Part shown: piece after piece, positions 1 to 9,300 of the stretch | Numbering within the stretch: the first letter of the stretch is position 1 | How the letters are laid out: each line of letters begins with the position of its first letter | Source of the DNA: Desulfurella sp. | Lineage (GTDB): Bacteria; Campylobacterota_A; Desulfurellia; Desulfurellales; Desulfurellaceae | DNA: 37,875 nucleotides | Assembly: GCA_031960885.1 (NCBI GenBank) | Contig: JAVRLY010000004.1 | Location: 1-37,875 of the forward strand | Reading direction: 5' to 3' | Position numbers and translations under genes: made by a program | The notes under the pieces: generated by a model | Told to the model about the DNA's origin: nothing | What the model saw: the letters and a program-made list of their open reading frames with translations, nothing else | Database searches by the model: none

Positions 1-1
1 T

Positions 2-187
2 ATTGTTCAAAGCGCAGATTGTTTAATCGCCATAGAAGGCAGTTATGGAACACTAAATGAAATCTCAGCTGCACTTAATTTACAAAAAGTAGTCATTGGA
101 CTTGAATGTACTTGGAATATTGATGGTATGCGACACGCTAAAACACCACAAGAAGCTATTGAGATGGTTAAAGACATTTTAAGTTAA
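2..187 (+). CDS. 3' end of a TIGR00725/LOG-like Rossmann-fold nucleotide-binding protein (partial, starts before the window)
   Basis: Frame 2 translated by hand: IVQSADCLIAIEGSYGTLNEISAALNLQKVVIGL...KTPQEAIEMVKDILS*, TAA at 185-187. The IAIxGxYGTLxEI motif is typical of LOG/TIGR00725 proteins. Not in the ORF track. Confidence 0.75.
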   Translation: MVQSADCLIAIEGSYGTLNEISAALNLQKVVIGLECTWNIDGMRHAKTPQEAIEMVKDILS

Positions 188-195
188 TTTAAATA

Positions 196-223
196 TTGAC
201 TTGTTAAATTACAGTTATATAAT
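196..223 (+). promoter_or_regulatory. sigma70-type promoter of the chemoreceptor/glycerate kinase unit
   Basis: TTGACT (196-201), 16 nt spacer, TATAAT (218-223); purine-rich RBS (AAAGGGGG) before ATG 257. Confidence 0.7.
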
Positions 224-256
224 AAATTTGAACATACTTAAACAAAGGGGGAATAT

Positions 257-1906
257 ATGAGGGGAGCTTGGTCTATAGTATTGCTTGGTTTGTATACACT
301 AGTGTGTGTTATGTTTTACTTTTACAATAAAAGCACAGCATATTTGGCTTTTTGTGCGTTTTCTATAATTTTTTTTGCATTAATAATATGGTATGAAAAA
401 CACATATTTTCAAAATTAACTCAAGATTTATCAAACAAATTAGAAAGTAGTTTTTTCAAAAAAGAGAGGATAGATTTAATCGAAAAACCAAACTTAAATA
501 GTATTTTTTCCAGCATCAATAATTTACAAAACAAACTCAAAGACCAACTCAAGGATATATTCAATGAAAAATTTACAAACGATACATACATTGCGATATC
601 AGCTGCAAAAATAAGTTTTGATACACAAAATACAAGTAACGATGTAAAAAAAATATTCCAAGAATTATCAATCATAGAGCAAGGCCTAAGTGATTCAAAC
701 AATGCAGTAAAAAATATAGCAGAAAATACAATTTCTATTGTAGACTTTATGAGGAAAATCGACCAAACGCTAGAAAAATCATCTCAAAATGCAAAAAGCG
801 TCATAGATACAACAGAAAGCATCGACAAAAAAATTGAAAATAATCGAGTACATATAATGAAGCTTGGACAATCTTCTTCTAAGATAGGCGAAATTATAGA
901 TGTGATAAATGAGATTGCCGATCAAACATCACTATTATCCCTAAACGCAGCAATTGAAGCAGCCCGCGCTGGCGAACATGGAAGAGGATTTGCCGTAGTT
1001 GCCGATGAAATCAGAAAATTAGCTGAAAATACGCTAAATGCCACAAATGAAATCTCAAGTCTCATTAAAACCGTTCAAAGCGATGTGGAAACTGTTATTA
1101 GCGCAAACAAACAAGTTGGAGAATTGGTTGTTAAAAACAAGGAAATTGTAGAACAAAGCATTAATGCATTTTTGGATGTAACAAACCATATTGGCCAAGC
1201 AAACAGTATGATAAACAATATTGCAAGCGCCGTGGAAAAACAGTCAAAATTGATAAACGATATTAATGAAAGAACACAAACTATATCCAATCATTTAAAA
1301 AACGCATCAAGTAGCATTGAACAAATTAGTGCCAATACTTCAGATTTCGCCAAAAAAGCAGAAAATGGATTTAAAGTTTTAAAGAAGGTTAATTGTGGAC
1401 ATTATCTAGATAAAGTGTACGAAATTGCTTTAATGGGCAAAGAAAAAATTGAATTAGTATTTAACGATGCTGTCAAAAAAGGACTTATAACATCTAGTGA
1501 CCTTTGGGATAGAAATTATATACCCATACCAAACACCAAACCACAAAAATACGAAACGCGTTTTACACAATTTATTAAAGATTACATCCAACCAATTGAA
1601 GATGAGTTACTGTCAAAAGACGCCAATTTCTCCACAGTCGTACTTGTAGATAATAATGGATACCTTGCAGCTCACAACTCTAAGTATGACAAACACCTAA
1701 CAGGCGATTATGCAACAGATCTCAAAGGTAACAGATCAAAAAGATTATTAAATGACCCAATTAGTCTTGCATCAGCTAGAAGTCAAGAACCTGTTTATGT
1801 ACAAATTTATCCTAGAGATACGGGCGAAATTATGTATAGATTATCAGTGCCCATTATGTTTGAGGGCAAACATTGGGGTGCACTAAGAATAGGTTTTAAT
1901 TTATAG
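257..1906 (+). CDS. methyl-accepting chemotaxis protein with N-terminal TM hairpin and C-terminal putative sensor domain
   Basis: MCP hairpin-tip motif [38 protein letters not shown]; two adjacent N-terminal hydrophobic helices; ~165-aa extra C-terminal domain ending ...[18 protein letters not shown]. Confidence 0.95.
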   Translation: MRGAWSIVLLGLYTLVCVMFYFYNKSTAYLAFCAFSIIFFALIIWYEKHIFSKLTQDLSNKLESSFFKKERIDLIEKPNLNSIFSSINNLQNKLKDQLKDIFNEKFTNDTYIAISAAKISFDTQNTSNDVKKIFQELSIIEQGLSDSNNAVKNIAENTISIVDFMRKIDQTLEKSSQNAKSVIDTTESIDKKIENNRVHIMKLGQSSSKIGEIIDVINEIADQTSLLSLNAAIEAARAGEHGRGFAVVADEIRKLAENTLNATNEISSLIKTVQSDVETVISANKQVGELVVKNKEIVEQSINAFLDVTNHIGQANSMINNIASAVEKQSKLINDINERTQTISNHLKNASSSIEQISANTSDFAKKAENGFKVLKKVNCGHYLDKVYEIALMGKEKIELVFNDAVKKGLITSSDLWDRNYIPIPNTKPQKYETRFTQFIKDYIQPIEDELLSKDANFSTVVLVDNNGYLAAHNSKYDKHLTGDYATDLKGNRSKRLLNDPISLASARSQEPVYVQIYPRDTGEIMYRLSVPIMFEGKHWGALRIGFNL

Positions 1907-1913
1907 GTAAATT

Positions 1914-3026
1914 ATGAGGGTTTTAATTAGCATTAATTCATTTAAAGGCGCTATATCAACAATAGAAGCAATACACATAATAGAAAACGAGCTATCAAAT
2001 TTTGGGTTTGAAGTAGAAAAATGCCCAATAGCAGATGGCGGAGATGGAACTATCGATGTAGCTGCATCAATGGGTGGGATAATCAAATACTACGATACGT
2101 ATGATCCGCTTCTTAGACCCATAAAAGCACCAATTGCGTGGTTTGGCAATGTGGCTGTAATTGAGATGGCTAAAGCAAGCGGACTTGCATTAATTAAGCC
2201 AGAAGAAAGAAATCCATTAAAAACTACATCGTTTGGAACAGGCGTGTTAATTAAAAAAGCCATTGAAGAACAAGCCCAAGAGATTATTTTAGGCATCGGC
2301 GGGTCCGCAACTGTAGATGGCGGCGTTGGGATGCTTGCAGCGCTTGATTTTAAGTTTCTTGATGCACAAGGCAACCCTTCTTGGCTTGGCGGTGAATCTT
2401 TACTAAATATTCGCTCAATCATCAAAAGTCCTATAAAATTACCAAAAATAACAATTGCGAGCGATGTAGTAAACCCTTTGCTTGGACCAAATGGAGCTGC
2501 AAATGTATTTGGGCCCCAAAAAGGTGCAGATTCGCACATGGTAGAGGTTTTAGAAAATGCCTTAGAGCATTTTAACAATATAACAAAACAATACTTTAAT
2601 ATAGATATCAGCAATACAGAAGGTGCAGGTGCAGCTGGTGGCGTAGGTGGCTTTGCAATATGCTATTTACAAGCGACGCTCAAACCAGGTGCAGAAATTT
2701 TTATGGATCTTGGCGATTTCAATGAAAAAGCTAAAAAAAGCGATGTTCTAATTACAGGTGAAGGTGCGCTAGATAGGCAAACATCGTTTGGCAAAGCACC
2801 ATATCGTGCAGCTTTAAGATTTAAAAAGATCAATAATAATGGGCTTATAATTGCTTTAGCAGGCAGCGTATTAGATAGAAATACTTACGAAGATGCTATA
2901 GATGTTGCACTCAGTATAACAAACAAGCCGCTGCCCATAAAAGAATCAATCGAAAATACAGCTACGCTCCTAAAATCTACAGTATATGAACTTGCAAAAC
3001 TTCTAAAATGGAAAAACAATAAATAG
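1914..3026 (+). CDS. glxK: glycerate kinase (GlxK/GarK family)
   Basis: Motifs NSFKG, PIADGGDGT, IEMAKASGL, LGIGGSATVDGG, FGPQKGA, GAGAAGG, ITGEGALDRQT. Confidence 0.93.
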   Translation: MRVLISINSFKGAISTIEAIHIIENELSNFGFEVEKCPIADGGDGTIDVAASMGGIIKYYDTYDPLLRPIKAPIAWFGNVAVIEMAKASGLALIKPEERNPLKTTSFGTGVLIKKAIEEQAQEIILGIGGSATVDGGVGMLAALDFKFLDAQGNPSWLGGESLLNIRSIIKSPIKLPKITIASDVVNPLLGPNGAANVFGPQKGADSHMVEVLENALEHFNNITKQYFNIDISNTEGAGAAGGVGGFAICYLQATLKPGAEIFMDLGDFNEKAKKSDVLITGEGALDRQTSFGKAPYRAALRFKKINNNGLIIALAGSVLDRNTYEDAIDVALSITNKPLPIKESIENTATLLKSTVYELAKLLKWKNNK

Positions 3027-3045
3027 TAAAACTTAAATTATAAAT

Positions 3046-3390
3046 TTAGACAACATAGCTACTAAAAATATCGTAAATTTCTAAGTCTTCTTCAACATCA
3101 AAAACTCTATGTTTTGTATGTGGTGGTACTTTTACAAAAACTCCTTTTTTGATTTCAAACTCTCCTACATTTTCTACCCACATTTTACCTTTTCCAGATA
3201 GCGGACAAATAATATCATATACATCATGTGAATGTTCAGGAATCGATTGGCCTTTTGGTATCTTTACAATCGCACTTGTAATATCTACCTTATCGTCTTT
3301 ATGTGTTAGAATATAAGCGATCTTAACGTTTTTGTTTACTGGGTGTTCAATAAACTCCAAATCATTAAGAGTCAATAGCTCTCTGCTCAT
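3046..3390 (-). CDS. cupin-domain protein
   Basis: PEHSH...LSGKG...VPPHTKH cupin metal-binding pattern; GGAGG RBS upstream on the minus strand. Confidence 0.88.
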   Translation of the reverse strand: MSRELLTLNDLEFIEHPVNKNVKIAYILTHKDDKVDITSAIVKIPKGQSIPEHSHDVYDIICPLSGKGKMWVENVGEFEIKKGVFVKVPPHTKHRVFDVEEDLEIYDIFSSYVV

Positions 3391-3491
3391 AAAACCTCCT
3401 TGTGATTTTCATTATCTATAAATAACTCTTTATCCAAATATTTCAAGTTTATTAATTTTTATCCAACACTTGAAAAAAGATTATTAAGCAA

Positions 3492-3521
3492 TAGATTAGG
3501 AAAAGGTAGATTAGGAAAAGG
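3492..3521. repeat. perfect 15-bp tandem duplication TAGATTAGGAAAAGG x2
   Basis: Copies at 3492-3506 and 3507-3521, in the divergent cupin/AKR intergenic region. Confidence 0.9.
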
Positions 3522-3593
3522 GTATTAAAGTAACCCATAGGTATATATTATGATGTTTAACTATTTTACAATAAACATTAGTAGGAGAAATAA

Positions 3594-4634
3594 ATGAAGT
3601 ATAAAAAATTTGGCAAAACCGCATTGAAAGTTTCCATAGTTGGATTAGGTACAATGACATTTGGCTCTAATTTTAGAAACATCGGTACAGTGAATGAAAG
3701 TTTGGCTTTAGAATTGGTAAAAAAAGCCGTTGATAGTGGTGTAAATTTTTTTGATACGGCTGATGTTTACTCATTTGGAGAATCAGAAATTATTTTAGGA
3801 AATGTTATAAAAAAATTAGGCTTAAAAAGACATGAGTTGATTATAGCCACAAAGGTTAGAAGTGCTTCAAGCGTTCAAGCATTTGAAAATACAGGTGACA
3901 TTAATAATATTGGCTTATCAAGAAAACACATATTTGAAGCATGTGATGCTAGCTTAAAAAGGCTACAAATAGACTATATTGACCTCTATCAGATTCACGG
4001 TTGGGATATATTAGCCCAGCCCGAAGAAGCACTTGATGCACTAAATGCGCTTGTAAAAGCGGGTAAAGTGCTATACATTGGGTGCTCAAATTGGTCTGCA
4101 AGACATTTAATGAAAGCAATCTATCAATCAAAATTAAAAAATTGGGCTGAATTTGTATCACTTCAAGCATATTATTCTCTAGTAGGTAGAGATGTAGAGC
4201 ATGAATTACTGCCACTATGCAAAGAAGAAAACCTTGCATTTTTGCCTTGGTCTCCTTTATCTGGAGGATTTTTAACAGGAAAATACACAAGAGAAAAACC
4301 AAAACCACAAAATGCCCGCAGAAGCGGTTTTGAGTTTCCACCCATCGATGAAAAAGCCTACGATGCAATAGAAGTATTAGATAAGATAGCAAAAAACAAA
4401 GGCGCTTCAATAGCACAAGTGTCTCTTGCATGGCTTTTAAGTAAACAAGAAGTAACATCAGTAATAATTGGAGCAAACAAAATGTCGCAACTAGAAGATA
4501 ACCTAAATAGCATAAATGTAGTCTTAAGCGATGAAGAGATTAAAATGTTGGATGATGTTACACAACCAAAAAAACTCTATCCGCAATGGATGTATGATAT
4601 GCAAAATCAAAATAGAGACAAATTTGATTATTGA
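3594..4634 (+). CDS. aldo/keto reductase
   Basis: GLGTMTFG, FDTADVYS, IATK, SLKRLQIDYIDLYQIH, YIGCSN, PWSPLSGGFLTGKY; AGGAG RBS. Confidence 0.95.
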   Translation: MKYKKFGKTALKVSIVGLGTMTFGSNFRNIGTVNESLALELVKKAVDSGVNFFDTADVYSFGESEIILGNVIKKLGLKRHELIIATKVRSASSVQAFENTGDINNIGLSRKHIFEACDASLKRLQIDYIDLYQIHGWDILAQPEEALDALNALVKAGKVLYIGCSNWSARHLMKAIYQSKLKNWAEFVSLQAYYSLVGRDVEHELLPLCKEENLAFLPWSPLSGGFLTGKYTREKPKPQNARRSGFEFPPIDEKAYDAIEVLDKIAKNKGASIAQVSLAWLLSKQEVTSVIIGANKMSQLEDNLNSINVVLSDEEIKMLDDVTQPKKLYPQWMYDMQNQNRDKFDY

Positions 4635-4643
4635 GGTGAAAGT

Positions 4644-5463
4644 ATGGAATCAAAACTACAAAAAGCTCTTCAATTAAAATATCCACCAATAGCCATTATA
4701 TGGAGTGACACAAAACCCCCAAAAGCTATGCAATTCAAAGAAAGTAAATGGGGATGCATAATGTTCTTGTACAACAATGCTCTTCGTGGCAATATATCTG
4801 TTGTTGATGAAAATACGTATGGTTGCTTTCGGTGGTGGTGTAGGTTTAGGTTTTGGCAACCAGTACACCAATTTTCCTGGCAAAATAGATGGATTTTGTC
4901 ATTTCTTATCATACGGCAACAAACACAATAAGAACGCCAAAGATGTAGTTGAAGCAATATCTAAATATGACCATTCAAGTTTTTCAAATGATTTTATAGA
5001 AGGCGAAAGGTATGTAAAAACACCAGAACTTGTTGAACAATTTGTTTCAAATTTGCCTATGTTTAAAATTCCAAAAAAATATGTAATATTAAAACAATTA
5101 AATCAAATAGAAAACGATGAAGAACCCATATTAGTATCGTTTTTGGTTGACGCGAATCAATTATCCGCTATGGTTATATTGTCTAATTACGATAGAAGTG
5201 ATTTTAATGGAAGTATTATACCCTATGCTGCTGGCTGCCAAACATTAGGTATCTTCACATACAAAGAAAATTTTTCAGATAAACCACGCTGTATTGTAGG
5301 ATTTACAGATATATCCGCACGCAAATATGCAAAAAGCAGTATCGACACAAATTATTTAATGTTCAATATGCCATATAAGCGTTTTTTAGAACTAGAATCC
5401 TTTATAGAAGGTAGCTTTTTAGAAAGACCCACATGGAAAGAGTTAATAGGAAAAAATAGTTAA
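4644..5463 (+). pseudogene. DUF169-like protein split by a +1 frameshift (true pseudogene or sequencing error)
   Basis: ORF 4644-4931 (GAGG RBS) reads ...ENTYGCF then loses coherence; the ORF ending at 5463 continues GGGVGLGFGNQY. Removing one base from TGCTTTCGGT (4827-4830) gives YGCFGGGVGLGFG and one 272-aa protein. Family call is by motif recall (N-terminal LKYPPIAI, GC motifs, GFTDISARK). Confidence 0.8.
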
Positions 5464-5474
5464 TTATAATTTAC

Positions 5475-6710
5475 CTAAATAATCGAGTATATGCCCAAAA
5501 TCACTATTGCAAGAGCAAGTATAGCGACTATGCTAATATAGCTTTTAGAGTATGAGTAACTTTTTAGTATTTTCTTGCTGCTTGCAAGCACTATTAAAAA
5601 CCCTAAAACAATTGGCAACACAAAGCCATTGAAAGCTTCCACATCAACCATAATTCTCACAAGCGGTATATGCGGTATCATTACTAAACCCGCGCTTACA
5701 ACTACAAGAGCTATGTATATTATATAAAATAGTTTTTCTTGTTTAAATTTAGCATTTAGCGTATGGCCAAAATTCCATGTCTCGCCAGATGCCCACGCAA
5801 ATGACATTGATACAACAAATGCTGCTAAAATACTTGAAGCGTAGAGTCCTAAAGCAAACAATAAAGCGCTGTATTTGCCTGCAATAGGAACTAAAGCCAA
5901 AGCAAAGTTATAGGCATTATTTGGCGCTATATGCTCTTTGTAAAGCACAGCTGCGCCAAGAATAATAACAACAATCATTAAAATTTGCGTAGCAAAACTG
6001 CCAATCAATGTATCCCACTTTGCAAATCTTATATCGCATGATTGCAAACGTTTATCTACCGTAGCGCTCTGCTGGTAATAAATCATCCAAGGCATAATCA
6101 CTGCGCCTACATTGGCAGCAATTAAAAAAAGGTAATTTTTGTTATTAAGCGGTTGTGATGCAATAAAACTCTTTGCTATTGCACTTACACTTGGGTGTGA
6201 CATAATAGCTGCAGGTATAAAAACAAATGAAATTAAAGCAAAAACAATCGCTATTGTTTCTGCGCGCTTGTATTTTCCGCTTAAAGCTACAAAGATAAGC
6301 AAAAAAGTGCTTATAACAATAAAGTAATCCTTTGGTATGCCTATAATTTCTGAGCTTGCTGCAATGCCAGAAAACTCTGTTAAAAGAGCGCTAAAAACTA
6401 CAAAAAGCAAAAGCACTGTGGTAAAAACTGCCCATTTTTCACCAAAATACTCGCGAATTAGCTGGCCATGACCCTTGCTTGTAACACACCCAAGCCTTGA
6501 TGCTATTTCTTGCACTATATACAACAATGGTATAAGCAGCACTTGAAGAGGTATAAGACTATAGCCGTATGTAGCGCCGGATACAAAAGCAGTTGTTATT
6601 GAACCTGCATCCATATCAGCAGTCATTACTATAAAACCAGGGCCAAATACTGCTAAAAACGATAAAAGCCACGCATAGAAGTTATTCTTTGGCTTCATTT
6701 TAAACCTCAT
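5475..6710 (-). CDS. Nramp/SLC11-family divalent metal transporter (non-canonical binding motifs)
   Basis: About 11 TM segments; GPGFIVMTADMDAGS, QEIASRLGCVTSKG, ANVGAVIMPWMIYYQQS; GAGG RBS before ATG 6710. Confidence 0.9.
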   Translation of the reverse strand: MRFKMKPKNNFYAWLLSFLAVFGPGFIVMTADMDAGSITTAFVSGATYGYSLIPLQVLLIPLLYIVQEIASRLGCVTSKGHGQLIREYFGEKWAVFTTVLLLFVVFSALLTEFSGIAASSEIIGIPKDYFIVISTFLLIFVALSGKYKRAETIAIVFALISFVFIPAAIMSHPSVSAIAKSFIASQPLNNKNYLFLIAANVGAVIMPWMIYYQQSATVDKRLQSCDIRFAKWDTLIGSFATQILMIVVIILGAAVLYKEHIAPNNAYNFALALVPIAGKYSALLFALGLYASSILAAFVVSMSFAWASGETWNFGHTLNAKFKQEKLFYIIYIALVVVSAGLVMIPHIPLVRIMVDVEAFNGFVLPIVLGFLIVLASSKKILKSYSYSKSYISIVAILALAIVILGIYSII

Positions 6711-6740
6711 AAAAACCTCACTAAAAATTAGCTAACTATA

Positions 6741-6773
6741 AATATATTAGGTTTCTATAAGAAGTCAAGTCAA
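6741..6773 (-). promoter_or_regulatory. probable sigma70 promoter of the Nramp gene
   Basis: Minus strand has two overlapping TTGACT hexamers (6773-6768 and 6768-6763) followed by TAATAT (6749-6744) or TATATT (6746-6741) at 18 or 16 nt. Confidence 0.5.
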
Positions 6774-6823
6774 AAAAACACTGTAATAATAGTTCCTAAT
6801 TATTGTGAACATTTCCTATAGTA

Positions 6824-7585
6824 TTAACTTTCTTTAGCCGATATAGATTTACCAATCTCCCTTAGTATATCAAGTGGTATAGGCAATATTGTTGTAGTAT
6901 TGTTTGTAGAAGAAATCTCATTTAGTGTTTGTAGGTATCTAAGTTGCAATGCTATAGGATTTTCAGATATTATACGTGCTGCTTGATTTAGTTTTTCTGC
7001 TGCTTGATACTCTCCATCAGCATTGATGATTTTTGCACGTCTGTCTCGCTCTGCTTCTGCTTGCCTTGCCATAGCTCTTTGCATATCTTGTGGCAAATCA
7101 ATTTGTTTCAATTCGACTAATGTGACTTTTACACCCCAAGCATCCGTATGCTTGTCGAGTATATCCTGTATTTCTGAGTTAACTTTTTCTCGCTCTGAAA
7201 GCAACTTATCAAGTTCAGCCTGACCGCAAACACTTCTTAGCGTAGTTTGTGCAAGTTGCTCTACAGCATAAGCGTAATTTTTAATCTGAATAACTGCATT
7301 TAAAGCTTCTACAACTTTAAAATATACAACAGCGTTAATCTTAATCGTTATATTGTCTTTTGTAATAACATCTTGCGGCGCAACCTCAAGCGTATTTATT
7401 CTCAAAGACACCTTTGCCATCCTATCAATAATTGGCCACAAAATAATTAAACCAGGACCTTTTACGCCTATTGCTCTGCCTAATCTGAAAATTACAGCTC
7501 TATCGTATTCTTGAACAATACGAATAGAATTTAAAATTACAAGCAAAGCAAAAATCACAATAACAATCAACACGATGCTTTCCAT
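6824..7585 (-). CDS. slipin / SPFH (stomatin-like) membrane protein
   Basis: [57 protein letters not shown]. Start moved to ATG 7585, which follows a GGAGG RBS. Confidence 0.93.
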   Translation of the reverse strand: MESIVLIVIVIFALLVILNSIRIVQEYDRAVIFRLGRAIGVKGPGLIILWPIIDRMAKVSLRINTLEVAPQDVITKDNITIKINAVVYFKVVEALNAVIQIKNYAYAVEQLAQTTLRSVCGQAELDKLLSEREKVNSEIQDILDKHTDAWGVKVTLVELKQIDLPQDMQRAMARQAEAERDRRAKIINADGEYQAAEKLNQAARIISENPIALQLRYLQTLNEISSTNNTTTILPIPLDILREIGKSISAKES

Positions 7586-7589
7586 AGCT

Positions 7590-8033
7590 TTATTCCTCCT
7601 TTGTAACAAATAATTTTAAAGATTCTTGTTTGATTACTTTAACCTTCTGACCACTTTTAATCTCTTGGTCACTGTAGGCAGCCCAAATCTCGCCTTCTAT
7701 CTCAATCTGACCCGGTGATTGTTTTGTAATATCTTTAATGCATTCACCACTTTTGCCTACTAAATTTTCTTTTGTCTTTATTGATGTTCGTTGAGCTTTT
7801 AGTCCTAAAACTATCATAACAGTTACAAACACTAATGTAGCAAAAAACAATGGCATTATCACATATAAGAAAACTTCAGGAAGTTCATGCATGCTAAGGT
7901 ATAGAAAATAGGTACCGATAATAAACGATGTTAACCCAACAAATGTAAATATTCCGCCACTTGCAAAAAAAATTTCTAAAACTAAAAATACAAATGATAA
8001 AAAGATTAAAAGACTTGCAACATCTGCACTCAT
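7590..8033 (-). CDS. short NfeD-family membrane protein (slipin partner)
   Basis: Three TM helices followed by the OB-fold signature [29 protein letters not shown]; directly upstream of the slipin. Start moved to ATG 8033, just after the mog stop. Confidence 0.88.
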   Translation of the reverse strand: MSADVASLLIFLSFVFLVLEIFFASGGIFTFVGLTSFIIGTYFLYLSMHELPEVFLYVIMPLFFATLVFVTVMIVLGLKAQRTSIKTKENLVGKSGECIKDITKQSPGQIEIEGEIWAAYSDQEIKSGQKVKVIKQESLKLFVTKEE

Positions 8034-8034
8034 A

Positions 8035-8526
8035 CTAAACACTCGCACAAGGCGTTTGGTCACCTTGTAATTTTTTTATTGTATGTGGAATAGCTTCATA
8101 TATAAAGCTAATATTTTCGATAGCCGCTTTTGGACTTCCAGGTAAATTTATGATTAGGGTATTTTTTCGCGTACCTACACAGGCGCGTGAGACAATAGCT
8201 GTCTTTGTTTTCTCGAAACTTTTTAAGCGCATCGCTTCTTCAAACCCCCATAGTCTTTTTTCAATCAACAAAGCTGTTACATCTGGAGCAATGTCGCGTG
8301 GCGCAATGCCCGTTGAACCATTTGTAATTACTAAATCAATGTTTTTATCGCATAGCTCTATTAGTTCTTCTCTCAACATATCCTTATCGTCTGGTATAAT
8401 TTTATAGTATACTAACTCCATGTCAGCTAAATTATTTTGCACAAAATCTATCAATGCAGGTCCAGTTAAGTCTTCCCTTTCTTTTGTATAGCCTTTATCA
8501 GAAAGTGTAATAACTGCAAATTTCAT
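8035..8526 (-). CDS. mog: molybdopterin adenylyltransferase (MogA/MoaB family)
   Basis: VITLSDK..REDLTGP, IIPDD, TNGSTGIAPRDIAPD, VSR..VG, INLPGSPKA. Confidence 0.9.
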   Translation of the reverse strand: MKFAVITLSDKGYTKEREDLTGPALIDFVQNNLADMELVYYKIIPDDKDMLREELIELCDKNIDLVITNGSTGIAPRDIAPDVTALLIEKRLWGFEEAMRLKSFEKTKTAIVSRACVGTRKNTLIINLPGSPKAAIENISFIYEAIPHTIKKLQGDQTPCASV

Positions 8527-8529
8527 ACA

Positions 8530-9300
8530 CTAGCCTCCATACAAATCGTACGATTTAATCAAACTGGGAAATTCTATTTGAACCTTTTTTGCATAAGATG
8601 GTTCAATCTCCGCAGTTTTAAGCGTAGTTTTTTCATACGCACATTCAAGCTTATTACCCAACGGGTCAAAAATACTTGAATAGCCACCGCACATCCACTG
8701 GCCAGATTTGCCAATTGCATTACAACCTACAAAAAATACCTGGTTTTCAATCGCGCGGGCAACAGACAAAATCTGCCACGCAAAAATGCGATTCTTAGGC
8801 CAAATAGCGCTTAGCAGCAAAATATCGGCGCCTTTCAATGATGCTCTTCTAAAAAACTCTGGAAAGCGCAACTCAAAACATATTGCAACGCCAAATTTAA
8901 CATCAAATAAATCAAACGTGTTTTCTTGGCTAATACTGCCTGGATAAAAAAATTTATGTTCGTTTGTTACTTCAAAAAGTTTGATTTTGGAGTATTTAAA
9001 TACAACTTTTTTTTCATACAAACAGTAGAATGTATTGAGGATTTTATTATTTATATTTTCTAGGTATGTTCCACAAATTGCTAAAGACACTGATTTTTCA
9101 AGCAATTTGTCAATGTAGCTTGGCATTATTTTTGATAGATTATCTATATTTTGATAATCAAAACCTGTAAGAAACAATTCGGGAAACAAGATAAGATTGC
9201 TTTTGTTTAAGCGAGCCTCATCTATCATCGCTAGGGCATTATTAAAATTTTCTTCAATGTTGCCTTGGTTTACTTGCATTTGCGCTATGCTTATTTTCAT
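8530..9300 (-). CDS. carbon-nitrogen hydrolase (nitrilase superfamily, Nit/omega-amidase-like)
   Basis: E-K-C triad in FPELF, YSKIKLF, AICFELRFPE; ARAIENQ. ATG 9300 overlaps the recG stop (ATGA). Confidence 0.9.
   Translation of the reverse strand: MKISIAQMQVNQGNIEENFNNALAMIDEARLNKSNLILFPELFLTGFDYQNIDNLSKIMPSYIDKLLEKSVSLAICGTYLENINNKILNTFYCLYEKKVVFKYSKIKLFEVTNEHKFFYPGSISQENTFDLFDVKFGVAICFELRFPEFFRRASLKGADILLLSAIWPKNRIFAWQILSVARAIENQVFFVGCNAIGKSGQWMCGGYSSIFDPLGNKLECAYEKTTLKTAEIEPSYAKKVQIEFPSLIKSYDLYGG

Noticed and set aside
4777..5463. 228-aa ORF as an independent gene
   Set aside because: Its first ~17 residues are out-of-frame sequence; it is the 3' part of the frameshifted gene starting at 4644.
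6785..6804. AATAAT-N8-ATTATT palindrome upstream of the Nramp gene as a Fur/MntR box
   Set aside because: Spacing does not fit the Fur 7-1-7 pattern and AT-only palindromes are common at this composition; cannot be supported.
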